From Capsulimonadaceae bacterium (GTDB taxonomy: Bacteria; Armatimonadota; Armatimonadia; Armatimonadales; Capsulimonadaceae): a DNA stretch of 64,000 nt. The stretch lies in the NCBI GenBank assembly GCA_965215505.1, contig OZ244065.1, forward strand, positions 5,152,001 to 5,216,000, read 5' to 3'. The notes below the pieces were generated by a model. The model had not been told where the DNA came from. It did not search any database and worked only from the letters and a program-made list of their open reading frames with translations. Position 1 is the first letter of the stretch. Each line of letters opens with the position of its first letter. This document shows, piece by piece, positions 37,229-47,070 of this stretch. The translations under genes and the position numbers were made by a program.

Positions 37229-37272
37229 CGGAAACGCCCGCCGGTCCTGTGCAGGACCGGCGGGCGTTTCCG
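37229..37272 (-). terminator. Strong hairpin after 37284-37628
   Basis: CGGAAACGCCCGCCGGTCCTG-TG-CAGGACCGGCGGGCGTTTCCG. Confidence 0.65.
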
Positions 37273-37283
37273 GCTGGCGCGTT

Positions 37284-37628
37284 CTACTTGGGCAGGCGCT
37301 TCAGGTCGCCCTTGGGCGTGATGACGGTGTCGTGCCGCTTGGTGCCGTTCTTGCGGCGCTCGACCGAGTTCTGGCCGGTCACGCGGTGGGCGTTCACGCT
37401 CACATTGGCGGCGTTCTTGCGGACGCCGTACTGCGTGTCTTTGGCGGCCTTCTTGATGCTCTTGTTGACGACCTTGGAACTCGGGCCGGCGTTGTGTGCG
37501 ATCTTCTTGAAGGGGTAGGCGATGGCGTTGCCGGCCTTGGCGGCGGCGTTCTGGGCCTGGGCGGCGGGTCCGGCCAGCGTGAGCAGGGCGACGGCAGCGA
37601 TGCCGAGCCGGGCAGTAAAAGTGTTCAT
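37284..37628 (-). CDS. Small basic secreted protein
   Basis: Signal peptide ending AQA; Lys-rich; RBS GAGGAG; start overlaps upstream stop. Confidence 0.7.
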   Translation of the reverse strand: MNTFTARLGIAAVALLTLAGPAAQAQNAAAKAGNAIAYPFKKIAHNAGPSSKVVNKSIKKAAKDTQYGVRKNAANVSVNAHRVTGQNSVERRKNGTKRHDTVITPKGDLKRLPK

Positions 37629-38680
37629 CAGATAGGTTCTCCTCTAGGGCCTCCCGCCGAGGGCGGGGGTGGTTGTATGAGCTGGTCGAGCAGGACGCGC
37701 GGCGGGTGCGGGTGCGGCCAGGCGAAGGCGTGGCGGAACGCGGCATCCTGACAGGCGGCGAGCTGGGTGAAATCGATCACGTCCTGCGTCAGCAGGTTTT
37801 CGAATTCCCAGGGCAGCCGGACGTTATGCAGGCCCGCGTTGTCGGTGCAGATCACCACGTCCACCCCCGCCGCCTCGCAGCGCTCGAACACCGTCCTCAG
37901 CGTTGACAGGTCCGATAAAGTTCCCGTTTTGAGGTAAGTCGTCGGGCAGACCTCCAGGCACTGGCCGCGTGACGCCACCTCGGGCAGCAGGTGGGGGAAT
38001 CGCAGCGCGATCTGGATGCCGTGCCCGATGCGCGACAGGTATGGCAGCAGGGCCGGGTGGCAGCCGTCGGACGTCTCGTACAGGTGCCCCGTCGTGTTGA
38101 TCCCCCGCTCCCGCGCGGACCGGAACAGGCCCACCCACTCCTCCAGCCGGTCGGCGTAGTAGATGTCCGGCCCGGCAAGGTCCACGCCGCAGACATATTG
38201 GGGCAGGCTCTCGGCCAGGTCCAGCGTCGCCCGGTTGACTTCATAGGGAAGCTGCGAGTGCATGCACAGGATCTGGCGCATCAGCAATGGGTAGCGCGGG
38301 TCGTGCCCGGCCTCGCCGACGGCAATCACCACGTCGCGCATCTGCGCGATCTTGTCGGCTTGGGACAGGGCCGCGTCGGTGCGGTAATAGGGGGTGTGGC
38401 GCAGCTCCAGATAGCAGATGCCCTCAAAGACATACGCGCCCCGGACCAGCTTGGAGACGAAGTAGGGCAGCGTCTCCAGTGTCTGGAACGGCTCGACCAG
38501 GGCGTGCAGCTCCAGGTACTCGGCCAGCGAGGCGCGGGGCCGGGTGACGAAAGCCTCGAAGCTTTCATACTCCGGGAACTCGGCGGCCAGCGGGTGCCCG
38601 TTGCGGATGAGGTAGCGCCAGAAGACGCGCGGGACGACCGCGCCGCCCAGGTGTCGGTGGAGTTCGGCGTAGAGTGACAT
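37628..38680 (-). CDS. Adenosine deaminase family protein
   Basis: ELHRHLGG, YLELR, GVDLAG, GHLYE, RIGHG, EVCPT, CTDN; start ATG 38680 has TATACT 6 nt upstream. Confidence 0.88.
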   Translation of the reverse strand: MSLYAELHRHLGGAVVPRVFWRYLIRNGHPLAAEFPEYESFEAFVTRPRASLAEYLELHALVEPFQTLETLPYFVSKLVRGAYVFEGICYLELRHTPYYRTDAALSQADKIAQMRDVVIAVGEAGHDPRYPLLMRQILCMHSQLPYEVNRATLDLAESLPQYVCGVDLAGPDIYYADRLEEWVGLFRSARERGINTTGHLYETSDGCHPALLPYLSRIGHGIQIALRFPHLLPEVASRGQCLEVCPTTYLKTGTLSDLSTLRTVFERCEAAGVDVVICTDNAGLHNVRLPWEFENLLTQDVIDFTQLAACQDAAFRHAFAWPHPHPPRVLLDQLIQPPPPSAGGPRGEPI

Positions 38681-38896
38681 AGAGGGAGTATACCCGCCGC
38701 GCTCAGACAGGGGCGCGCAACGGGAACTTTTAGGCGTCCGCCGCCGCTCCTTGCCTCGGTTGTGGGGCATGAAAAACAATCACGCCGGGCGTGAACAATC
38801 GCGATTTATTTGCGTCAATCGCAGCACAGCAGGGAATTGAGCGCTCGATTACCTGCCTTCGGAAAACACACAAACGACACAGAAAGAACCAGAACC

Positions 38897-39190
38897 ATGA
38901 ACATAGCAAAGATCACGGCGACTTTCGCCGCCGTCGCCGGCCTCGGAGCCGCCGGCTTCGCCTTCTCGCAGCCCAGCCCCGCGCAGACGCCTCCCGCCCC
39001 GCCGACCGCCCCCGCGCCGGCCCGCGAGCGCCACCCGGAACTGCGCCGCGCGCTCGCCACCCTGGAGCGGACCGAAACCCAACTCCGCAAGTCCGCCCGT
39101 GACTTCGGCGGCCACCGCTCGAAGGCGGCTGACCTGTGCCATCAGGCCCAGGGAGAGGTCAAACTGGCCCTGCAATACGACAAGGGCTAG
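38897..39190 (+). CDS. Small secreted helical protein (ERHP...DFGGHR family)
   Basis: Signal peptide; ERHPELRRAL..L......L......DFGGHR.KA motif; followed by terminator. Confidence 0.75.
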   Translation: MNIAKITATFAAVAGLGAAGFAFSQPSPAQTPPAPPTAPAPARERHPELRRALATLERTETQLRKSARDFGGHRSKAADLCHQAQGEVKLALQYDKG

Positions 39191-39203
39191 ATGGGGAACA
39201 AAC

Positions 39204-39246
39204 AAAAGCCGCGCCGGACCCAAAGGTCCGGCGCGGCTTTCTTTTT
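39204..39246. terminator. Bidirectional intrinsic terminator
   Basis: AAAAGCCGCGCCGGACC-CAAA-GGTCCGGCGCGGCTTTCTTTTT between convergent genes. Confidence 0.8.
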
Positions 39247-39248
39247 CT

Positions 39249-39929
39249 CTAGGGGGTTCGTTCTTCGACGCGCCCGTCGGCGTAGCCGATGATGAGGCGT
39301 TGGCACAGCCCGACGAACAGGCCGGACTCGACCACGCCGACGATGGCTCTCAGGCGCGCTTCAAGCGTGTCGGGGGAGGGCAGGGGGGCACCGAAGGCCA
39401 TGTCCAGGATGTACAGGCCGTCGTCGTTCAGGAAAGGTTCACCGGAAGGCAGCGGGCGGCGCAGGGCCGGGACGCCGAAGCCTGACTCAAGCCGCGCCTG
39501 CGTCCACTGCCAGGCGAAGGGGAGGATGGCGACCGGCAGCGGGTGCGCGCCCAAAGCCGCCTTGACCTTGCCCTCGTCCACGATGATGATCTCGGCATCG
39601 GTCGCCGCCGCCACGATCTTCTCGCGGACCAATGCGCCGCCGCCGCCCTTGATCAGCCGGAACTCGGGGTCCACTTCGTCCGCGCCGTCAATGGTGATGT
39701 CGAAGCGCGAGACGCCTGCGGCCTCCACGAACCCCAGCCCATAGGAGCGGCCGAGTTCCTCGGACTCGCGCGAAGTGGCGACGCAGCGCAGGGACAGCGG
39801 CTCCGCCTGGAAGCGTCGGCCCAGGGCGTGGATCGCCAGGGCCGCCGTGCTGCCCGTCCCCAGGCCCACCGTCATGCCGTCCTTGATGTGGGACACGGCC
39901 CGCTCGGCGGCGATCTGTTTAGGATTCAC
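39249..39929 (-). CDS. rpiA: Ribose-5-phosphate isomerase A
   Basis: GLGTGST, IDGADEVD, IKGGGGAL.REK, GVVESGLF. Confidence 0.95.
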   Translation of the reverse strand: MNPKQIAAERAVSHIKDGMTVGLGTGSTAALAIHALGRRFQAEPLSLRCVATSRESEELGRSYGLGFVEAAGVSRFDITIDGADEVDPEFRLIKGGGGALVREKIVAAATDAEIIIVDEGKVKAALGAHPLPVAILPFAWQWTQARLESGFGVPALRRPLPSGEPFLNDDGLYILDMAFGAPLPSPDTLEARLRAIVGVVESGLFVGLCQRLIIGYADGRVEERTP

Positions 39930-39995
39930 AGTGTCTCACTTTGACATAAGAAAAGGCAAGGAACGGATATTCCTTGCCCTCATTTGCTCTTCCAA

Positions 39996-40078
39996 TGCCC
40001 GGAAAGAGACTCGAACTCTTACAGGGTTGCCCCCATAACGACCTCAACGTTACGCGTATACCATTTCGCCACCCGGGC
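39996..40078 (-). tRNA. tRNA-Leu (anticodon GAG)
   Basis: GCCCGGG/TCCGGGC acceptor stem, GGCGAAATGGTATACGC D arm, TAACG-TTGAGGT-CGTTA anticodon arm, long variable arm, GTTCGAGT T loop. Confidence 0.93.
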
Positions 40079-40091
40079 AGTTACGGAGGCT

Positions 40092-40120
40092 ATTATACCG
40101 CCCGGCTCGGGGGATGTCAA
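40092..40120 (-). promoter_or_regulatory. Consensus sigma70 promoter of tRNA-Leu
   Basis: TTGACA-17 nt-TATAAT on minus strand. Confidence 0.85.
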
Positions 40121-40128
40121 GTGAAGTG

Positions 40129-41862
40129 TCACAAATTCAACTGCCCCGCCAGCCAGATCGCCGCCGTGCCGCGCGTCATGTTCGGCTGGGGGAAGCTCGC
40201 CGTCAGCCCCGAGCGGGCGGCCAGAGCCTGCGCGTCCGGGGCCGTCAGGGCCGTGTCCACGTCGAAGGCAAGGTTCCGGCCGTTGCCGTGGAAGACCTGG
40301 GCCACGCCCAGAAGCTGGGTCGCCTCGAAGGCGGGGTGACCGTGGGGGACGTCCGACCACCAGAACAATGGAACGCCTGCCCCCAGCAGCATCTTCTGAT
40401 AGGAGCGCAGAAGGGCGGGGTCAGTCGCGACGGCCTGCGTCGTGACCCCCTGGCCGGAGCAGAACCCCGCCAGGGCACCCGCCGCCTCGCCGACCGCCCA
40501 CTCGGACGGGTGGACGCGGTATGCGCCGTTCGTGATGTGGGTGACGCCGATGTTCTTGCAGGCCGCGATCAGGTTCGTCACCCGGACCGGAAGCAATGCG
40601 CCCAGGGGGATCTGGAACGGCTTGGTCGGCTCCCACAGGCCCGGATCGCCCGTGTCGCCGGCGTGGACATCAATGCCGTAGCTGCCCACGCCGCAGGCGT
40701 CGGGGAACAGGGTCGCGCGCGGTCCCGGATTATACTTGGCGGCGATGTCCGTCTCGCGGACGGTCTTCTGCGCCCGGAGGCGGCGGGACTCGCGGACGTA
40801 GGGCAGGGGGGCGAGGCCGTCCGTCGTCCCGAAGAAGTCGGGGCGCGGCCTGAGTTCCGGGTAGCCCCGGCGAGCGGGGGCGTTGTCGCGCGGGCACTCG
40901 GTCTGGAGCCAGTAGAGGTAGCCCAATGAGGCCAGACGCCCCGCCGCCAATGCCTGCGCGTCCGCGTCGGGCGAGCCGGAGGGGACGACGCCGCCCTCGT
41001 AGTCGTTTGCCCCGGTGTTGATGGTGGCGATGTCGTGCGGGAAGGCCGGGTCGGCGAAGTTGCCCGCCGCGATGACGCGGCGGTAGGTCCACCAGGGGAA
41101 CGCGCCGCCGAAGACCTGCCGAATCGGGCCGTCCTGGATGCCGTAGCGCTGGGCGGCCTTCATCTGCGCGTAGCCCGGCGGCTCGCTGATCGTGTGGTCC
41201 TCCCCGGCGGGCCGCTTTTCTAGAGCGAAGGGGAAGGTGAACGGCTGCACCCACTCCGGGTGGGCCTGCGCGGGCGCGTCTGGCTCGCCGGTGTCCGTCC
41301 GGCTCTCGGCCCCGATGACCCACTCCGCGCCGGACAGCGGCAGCAGGTCGCCCGTGTCGGTGGCGTCCAGGACGAACGGCGCGACGAAGCGCGTCGCCGT
41401 CCCATCCGGGGCCACGGCATTGACGGCGGCGATGGCATCGCCCTCCATCTCGACGCCTACGACGGCCATGCCAAGCGTGACGGAGATGCCTGGGAACTCG
41501 GCCAGCATCTCCCCCAAAATCCGCATCCCGACCAGCGGCTCGACCGAGAAGCCGCCGTTGACCCAGCAGCGGCCCGCGTTGAAGAGCGGCATCGCCGCGC
41601 CCGCCGCCGACAGCCGGTAGGTGCGGCGGTAGAATTCGCGGACGCGCTGCCGGAAGTCCCGGTACGAGGCCGTGCTGCCGACGGTTTCCACATGCTCGTT
41701 CTCGTCGGGCGTGCAGACGCCCTGCCCGGTCATCTGCCCGCCGACCCAGCCGCTCGGCTCGACCAGACAGACGTCGGCCCCGGTCGCGCCCGCCCGCAGG
41801 GCGGCGGCCACGCCGCCCAGGCTCGCGCCGATGATGAGTATGTCGCACTGCATGTCCGTCAT
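40129..41862 (-). CDS. FAD-dependent oxidoreductase (FAD_oxidored family)
   Basis: DILIIGASLGGVAAA, WVGGQ.T.QGV, DAT.TGDL, PYVRESRR, PFQIPLGAL.P, KNIG.THITNG.YR.HP.EW..GEAAG. Confidence 0.88.
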   Translation of the reverse strand: MTDMQCDILIIGASLGGVAAALRAGATGADVCLVEPSGWVGGQMTGQGVCTPDENEHVETVGSTASYRDFRQRVREFYRRTYRLSAAGAAMPLFNAGRCWVNGGFSVEPLVGMRILGEMLAEFPGISVTLGMAVVGVEMEGDAIAAVNAVAPDGTATRFVAPFVLDATDTGDLLPLSGAEWVIGAESRTDTGEPDAPAQAHPEWVQPFTFPFALEKRPAGEDHTISEPPGYAQMKAAQRYGIQDGPIRQVFGGAFPWWTYRRVIAAGNFADPAFPHDIATINTGANDYEGGVVPSGSPDADAQALAAGRLASLGYLYWLQTECPRDNAPARRGYPELRPRPDFFGTTDGLAPLPYVRESRRLRAQKTVRETDIAAKYNPGPRATLFPDACGVGSYGIDVHAGDTGDPGLWEPTKPFQIPLGALLPVRVTNLIAACKNIGVTHITNGAYRVHPSEWAVGEAAGALAGFCSGQGVTTQAVATDPALLRSYQKMLLGAGVPLFWWSDVPHGHPAFEATQLLGVAQVFHGNGRNLAFDVDTALTAPDAQALAARSGLTASFPQPNMTRGTAAIWLAGQLNL

Positions 41863-42077
41863 GGTGTCCCCCTGCTGTCAAGCGAGATGGCCCTGCCGTC
41901 AGCATCTTACCCGAAGCCGGGCTGTCCAGGTGCGTCTGTCCCGCCCCTTGACAAACAGCGGGCCGGTTAGGTAAACTAACTAATCTTTATATAAAGTCTT
42001 GCCCTGAGCCGGGCTGTCTCGTTTGACAGCCGTTTGCACCGTCGCACGAAGTCTCACGCCAGAAAGTCCTACCCGCC

Positions 42078-43226
42078 ATGCCGTCACTCAAGCCGGTCAC
42101 ACTCAAAGATGTGGCCGAGCGGGCCAAAGTCTCGCAGTCCGTCGTTTCCACCGTGCTGAACGACCGCCAGAACGGCATCTTCGTCTCCGAAGGCACCCGC
42201 CTGAACGTGCTGGCCGCCGCCGCCCACCTCGGCTACACGGCCAAGCCCCGCACCAACCCGCTCGTCCGCAAGCCGGGGGCCGCGCCGCGCCGGTATGGTC
42301 ACGCCGCCGAGCCGCACCTGGTCGGGGTCCTGCTAGGACGCCGGTTCGGCGGCAGCCTGTTCCGGGACACCTTCTACGGCATCAACGAGACTCTGGCCGC
42401 GCAGGGATACCACCCGCTCGTCCTGGACACCTACGCCGAGACGTACCAGGCCGCCGCTGAGAAGGAGGCGGAGGGCCTGCGCTATGCCCGCGAGAACGGC
42501 TTCGCGGGTGTGGTCCTGTGGCACGAGGGTGGGCACGCCAATGTGGACCTGATCCAGTCCTTGCAGGCCGAGATGCCGGTCGTCGCCATTGACCGCCGCG
42601 TTCCCGAAGTCGCCCTCGACTTCGTGGGCACCGACAACCTGCAAGGGGCCTACGAGGCGACCCACCACCTGATCGCGCAGGGGCATACCCGGATTGCCCA
42701 CCTGACCGGCATGGAGACGACCGAGGCCGCCGCCGACCGGCTGCGCGGCTACCAGCAGGCCCTGCGCGATGCGGGCCTGGAGTTCAACCCGCGTGACCTG
42801 ATCCTGCTGCATGGCGGCGGGCGGCGGCTGGACCCGAGCCAGGTGCGCGCGCTCTTCGCCGAGAGCGACGCCCCCACTGCCGTGTTCCTGCTGGCCGACT
42901 TCTGGGCACCGCCGCTCATCGCCGAGCTGCGCCGCCTGGGCCTGCGCGTGCCCGAAGACGTCGCCTTGGTCGGCTTCGACGACGTCGTCCCCCCTGGCAT
43001 GGACGATCTGGGCCTGACCACGATGGCGCAGGACTTTGACGACATCGGCAAGACGGCCGGGGCGCTGATCCTGCGCCGCCTGGCCGACCCGTCCGCCGCC
43101 TTCGTCTCGGAGGTCTTTCCCGCGCGCCTGATTGTCCGGCACTCCTCGCTGGGCTATGCGCCGCCGGCCCCCGCCCCGATGCCCGCGCCGCGCCCCCTGC
43201 GGATGCTGGCCTCGGTCTCGCCGTAA
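42078..43226 (+). CDS. LacI family transcriptional regulator
   Basis: TLKDVAERAKVS...VS.VLN; DN..GA..AT.HL...GH.RIA; VPEDVALVGFDD. Confidence 0.93.
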   Translation: MPSLKPVTLKDVAERAKVSQSVVSTVLNDRQNGIFVSEGTRLNVLAAAAHLGYTAKPRTNPLVRKPGAAPRRYGHAAEPHLVGVLLGRRFGGSLFRDTFYGINETLAAQGYHPLVLDTYAETYQAAAEKEAEGLRYARENGFAGVVLWHEGGHANVDLIQSLQAEMPVVAIDRRVPEVALDFVGTDNLQGAYEATHHLIAQGHTRIAHLTGMETTEAAADRLRGYQQALRDAGLEFNPRDLILLHGGGRRLDPSQVRALFAESDAPTAVFLLADFWAPPLIAELRRLGLRVPEDVALVGFDDVVPPGMDDLGLTTMAQDFDDIGKTAGALILRRLADPSAAFVSEVFPARLIVRHSSLGYAPPAPAPMPAPRPLRMLASVSP

Positions 43227-43434
43227 TCGGTTTCGACGTGACCGGGGGCCTGGGACCAAAAATCCCACGCCCCAAAACCCGGCGATCTTACCGCCTCTTC
43301 CCCGCCCTTGATCCCCCCGACAATCAGGCTTAACCGGACTCTTCCCGTATTTCTTTCAGCCCGTGTATCTTCCGGGCTGTACGTCTTCCAGGCTGGGTGT
43401 CCTTCGGCCAGTCTGTCTTCCAAGGGGTTAAGCC

Positions 43435-43713
43435 ATGTCCTCCCGCCGTTTCGCCGCCTACTTCTTTGCCATCGCCGCCGGCTCGACTTTCGCGTTCGCG
43501 TCCACGCTGCGGGGCCAGCCCGCCGAGCCGGGGGCTAACCCGGATACGGCCGTGCGCCGCGCCGCCATGGATGCGGACTTGAGAGGGGCGGGGATGACTC
43601 CGACGGACGCCGACGCCGGCACCGATGCCCTGTCGCCGGAGACGGTCCGGCTGCTCCGGCAGAGCTGGCACCGGCGTTACCACAGGGCCGCCCGGACCGC
43701 GCGGGCGAAGTAG
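43435..43713 (+). CDS. Small secreted hypothetical protein
   Basis: RBS AAGGGG; N-terminal signal/TM. Confidence 0.5.
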   Translation: MSSRRFAAYFFAIAAGSTFAFASTLRGQPAEPGANPDTAVRRAAMDADLRGAGMTPTDADAGTDALSPETVRLLRQSWHRRYHRAARTARAK

Positions 43714-43823
43714 CTTGCTGAAACAATCCTCGCGTTTCGCTGTCTATGGGGGTATAATGGGAAGTCGCACGGCTTCCCCCAAGATTCCCGCCGGCGAAAA
43801 GCCGCAGAGCGCGAGGATGTTTT

Positions 43824-44780
43824 ATGCCCCCGGACGGATGGTTTCGTCGTAAATCCAAGTTTGCCCCCGCCCCCGCCGCCGAGTCGGCGGCGCAGGTGCC
43901 CGACGGAGTCGCCACCAAGTGCGTCGGCTGCGGCGAGATCCTGTTCACCAAGGACTTCGAGAAGAACCTGAAGGTCTGCACGGTCTGCGGCTTCCACCAC
44001 AAGCTGACTGCCCCGGAGCGCATCGCCTGCACGGCGGACGAAGGTTCCTGGCGCGAGCTGTTCGCCGATCTGCGCTCGACCAACCCCCTCCCCTTTGATG
44101 ACTACGAGGCCAAACTCGCCAAGGCGGTCGCGGCGACCGAGGGCAACGACAGCTTCCGCGTCGGTCTGGCCGAGATCTCCGGCATGCCGGTCGTCCTGGG
44201 CGTTGCCGACTTCCACTTCATGGCCGGCTCCATGGGGTCCGTGCATGGCGAGAAGGTCGCGCGGGCGATGGAAGAGGGCGTGTCCCGCCGCCTCCCCGTG
44301 GTCATCTTCACCGCCACCGGCGGCGGCGCGCGGATGCAGGAGGGGCTGCTGTCCCTGATGCAGATGGCGAAGACGGCCGCCGCCGCCGCCCGGCTCGCCG
44401 AAGCCAAGCTCCCTTACCTCGTCGTCCTCACCGACTCGACCATGGCCGGCGTCCTGGCCTCTTATGCCTCGCTGGGCGACGTCCACCTGGCGGAGCCCGG
44501 CGCGACCATCGGCTTCGCCGGCGCGCGGGTCGTCGCCCAGGCGACCGTCCAGAAGCCCCCCGAGGACTACCAGACGGCGGAATGGCAGCTCGCACACGGG
44601 CACGTCGACGCCGTCGTCGCCCGCCGAGACCTGCCCCAGACGCTCGCCACGCTGCTGACGCTGCTGGCGGGCCGCCCCACCGTCATACCCGCCCATGCCC
44701 CGGCCCCCGCCCGCAACGGGACTAACGGCACGGCGCATACGTCCCTGGTGCTGTCGGGCGTGGAGGACCCCCATGGCTAG
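43824..44780 (+). CDS. accD: Acetyl-CoA carboxylase carboxyltransferase beta subunit
   Basis: C..C..C..C zinc ribbon, FMAGSMG...GEK, GGARMQEG..SLMQMAKT, AEPGA.IGFAG.RV. Confidence 0.95.
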   Translation: MPPDGWFRRKSKFAPAPAAESAAQVPDGVATKCVGCGEILFTKDFEKNLKVCTVCGFHHKLTAPERIACTADEGSWRELFADLRSTNPLPFDDYEAKLAKAVAATEGNDSFRVGLAEISGMPVVLGVADFHFMAGSMGSVHGEKVARAMEEGVSRRLPVVIFTATGGGARMQEGLLSLMQMAKTAAAAARLAEAKLPYLVVLTDSTMAGVLASYASLGDVHLAEPGATIGFAGARVVAQATVQKPPEDYQTAEWQLAHGHVDAVVARRDLPQTLATLLTLLAGRPTVIPAHAPAPARNGTNGTAHTSLVLSGVEDPHG

Positions 44781-45765
44781 TCCGAACGTCCTCGAATTTG
44801 AAAAGTCCATCGCCGAGCTGGACGAGAACCTGTCCAAGCTCCATCAGGTCGTCGCCGACCGGGCGAACCCGCAGAACACCCCGGACCTGCCCGACCGGAT
44901 CGCCGACCTGGAGGAACACAAGTCGGCCGTCCTGTCCGCGTTCTTCTCCCACCTCTCGCCCTGGGACAAGGTCCTGCTGGCCCGCCACGTCAAGCGCCCG
45001 TACACGCTGGACTACGTCGGCGCGATCTTCGAAGACTGGACCGAGCTGCACGGCGACCGCCTGTTCGGCGATGACGGCGCGATCGTCGCCGGCCTGGCCA
45101 AGCTCGACGGCCTGCCGGTCGCCGTCATCGGCCACCAGAAGGGGCGCGACCTGAAGCAGCGCCAGCACCGAAACTTCGGCTCCGCCCGGCCCGAGGGATT
45201 CCGCAAGGCGGGCCGTGTCATGTCCCTGGCCGCCAAGTTCGGCCTGCCGGTCGTGACCCTGGTGGACACCGCCGCCGCCGCCGCCGACATCGCCGCCGAC
45301 GAGCGCGGCATCTCGGAGGCCATCGCGCGCTCCATGTTTGAAATGGCGACCCTGCCCGTCCCCATCGTCTCGGTCGTCATTGGCGAGGGCGGCAGCGGCG
45401 GCGCTCTGGGCATCGCCGTCGCCGACCGCGTCCTGATGCTGGAACACGCCGTCTACTCGGTCATCCCGCCCGAGGGCTTCGCCGCCATCCTGTGGCGCGA
45501 CCCGGAGCGCAAAGATGAGGCCGCCAAGGTGCTGAACCTCACCGCACAGCGCGCCCTGGAACTCGGCGTCGTGGACAGCATCATCGACGAGCCTCTGGGC
45601 GGCGCGCACCGCAACCACGCCGAGGCCGCCGCCGCCGTCAAGGCCGCCCTCCTGTTCCACCTGATGCCCCTGCTGGATGTCCCGGTCCCGGCCCTGGTCG
45701 CGCGGCGCTACGAGAAGTTCCGCCGCATGGGCCGGTTTGACGAAGGCATGGGTGAGGCGGCCTGA
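44773..45765 (+). CDS. accA: Acetyl-CoA carboxylase carboxyltransferase alpha subunit
   Basis: LEFEK, LARH..RP..LDY, ELHGDR..GDD, GHQKG, RNFG...PEG.RKA, GEGGSGGAL; RBS GGAGG. Confidence 0.93.
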   Translation: MASPNVLEFEKSIAELDENLSKLHQVVADRANPQNTPDLPDRIADLEEHKSAVLSAFFSHLSPWDKVLLARHVKRPYTLDYVGAIFEDWTELHGDRLFGDDGAIVAGLAKLDGLPVAVIGHQKGRDLKQRQHRNFGSARPEGFRKAGRVMSLAAKFGLPVVTLVDTAAAAADIAADERGISEAIARSMFEMATLPVPIVSVVIGEGGSGGALGIAVADRVLMLEHAVYSVIPPEGFAAILWRDPERKDEAAKVLNLTAQRALELGVVDSIIDEPLGGAHRNHAEAAAAVKAALLFHLMPLLDVPVPALVARRYEKFRRMGRFDEGMGEAA

Positions 45766-45768
45766 GCC

Positions 45769-47070
45769 ATGCCCCTGAAGTATCAGCGTCCCAAGGGGAC
45801 ACACGACTTCGTCCCGGATGCGCCCAAGTGGGTGAACGACAGCGCGCGCTGCTTGTACCTGGAAGACCAGTTCCGCTCCTTGTGCCGCCTCTACGGTTAC
45901 AGCGAGGTCCGTACCCCCGTCTTTGAAGCCACCGATTTGTTCAAGCGGTCGGTCGGTGAAGGCACGGACATCGTTTCCAAGGAGATGTACACGTTCGAGA
46001 CGAAGGGCGGCGACTCGCTCACCCTGCGCCCCGAGAGTACGGCCGCCGTCCTGCGCGCCTATGTCGAGAATTCTTTGTATGCGCGCGGCGGCATCACGAA
46101 GCTCTACTACTGCGCGTCCCACTTTCGCTATGAGCGCTCCCAGGAAGGCCGCTACCGGCAGCATGAGCAGCTTGGCGTCGAGGCACTGGGCGCGGACGAC
46201 CCGGCCCTGGATGCCGAAGTCATCGGGCTTGCCCTGGCTTTCTTCCGCAGTGTCGGCGTCCGCAACCTCACCCTCAAACTCAATTCCGTTGGCTCCATCG
46301 AGTCCCGCGCCGCTTACCTTGTCGCCCTGAAAGCCTACGTCGAGCCGTTCCTGCCCGAGTTCAGCGGCGAAGGACAGGCACGGTTTCAGACGAACCCCCT
46401 GCGGCTCCTGGACACGAAAAACGCCCGCGAACTGGAGATCCTGTCCGCCGCGCCCACCCTTGATGCCTTCCTCGCCGATGATGAGCGGGCACACCACGAG
46501 GCCCTGATCGGCTATTTGGACGACGCCCAGGTTCCCTACGAGCCGGACCCGTTCCTGGTGCGCGGCTTCGACTATTACACCAAGACCGCCTTCGAGATAC
46601 AGTCGCCCGACCTCGGCGCGCAGAACGCGCTCGGGGGTGGGGGACGTTACAACAAGTTGGTCGAGCAGATCGGCGGGCCGCCGACGCCCGGCATCGGCTT
46701 CGGGCTGGGCGTCGAGCGCGCCCTGATCGCCTTGCAGTCGCTGGCCGTCGAGATGCCCTCCGCCCCCGTCCCGACCGCCTTCATCGTCATCCAGGGCGCC
46801 GTCGCCCGGCCCGTCGGGATGAAGCTGCTGGCCGACCTGCGGGCGGCGGGCATCTCCGCCCAGACGGAGTATGGAGGCCGCAGCATGAAGGCCCAGATGA
46901 AGGCCGCCGACCGCGCTCACGCCCGCTACGCCCTGATCTTGGGCGACGACGAGGTCGCGGCGGGCACCATCCAGCTTAAGAGCCTCTACGACGGCTGGCA
47001 GCACCACGTCCCGCTGGCCGAGGCCGTCGAGTGGCTGGAAGGCGGCGGCAGCCGCCGCCCGTCGGCATGA
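45769..47070 (+). CDS. hisS: Histidine--tRNA ligase
   Basis: PKGT.D, TPVFE..LF.R..G..TDIV.KEMY, LRPE.TA, FRYER.Q.GRYR, LVRG.DYY, GGGRY, GFG.G.ER. Confidence 0.97.
   Translation: MPLKYQRPKGTHDFVPDAPKWVNDSARCLYLEDQFRSLCRLYGYSEVRTPVFEATDLFKRSVGEGTDIVSKEMYTFETKGGDSLTLRPESTAAVLRAYVENSLYARGGITKLYYCASHFRYERSQEGRYRQHEQLGVEALGADDPALDAEVIGLALAFFRSVGVRNLTLKLNSVGSIESRAAYLVALKAYVEPFLPEFSGEGQARFQTNPLRLLDTKNARELEILSAAPTLDAFLADDERAHHEALIGYLDDAQVPYEPDPFLVRGFDYYTKTAFEIQSPDLGAQNALGGGGRYNKLVEQIGGPPTPGIGFGLGVERALIALQSLAVEMPSAPVPTAFIVIQGAVARPVGMKLLADLRAAGISAQTEYGGRSMKAQMKAADRAHARYALILGDDEVAAGTIQLKSLYDGWQHHVPLAEAVEWLEGGGSRRPSA

Noticed and set aside
37209-37234. SigB-like GTTT-N16-GGGTAA promoter for the GerMN gene
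   Set aside because: The -35 overlaps the terminator tail, and GGTA also fits the general extended -10 seen elsewhere; not distinguishable from sequence alone
43227-43434. Riboswitch or ncRNA in the intergenic region
   Set aside because: Only short hairpins and TCTTCC words; no recognisable aptamer consensus
44722-47007. 761-aa minus-strand ORF
   Set aside because: Antisense shadow of accA and hisS, typical of high-GC codon bias
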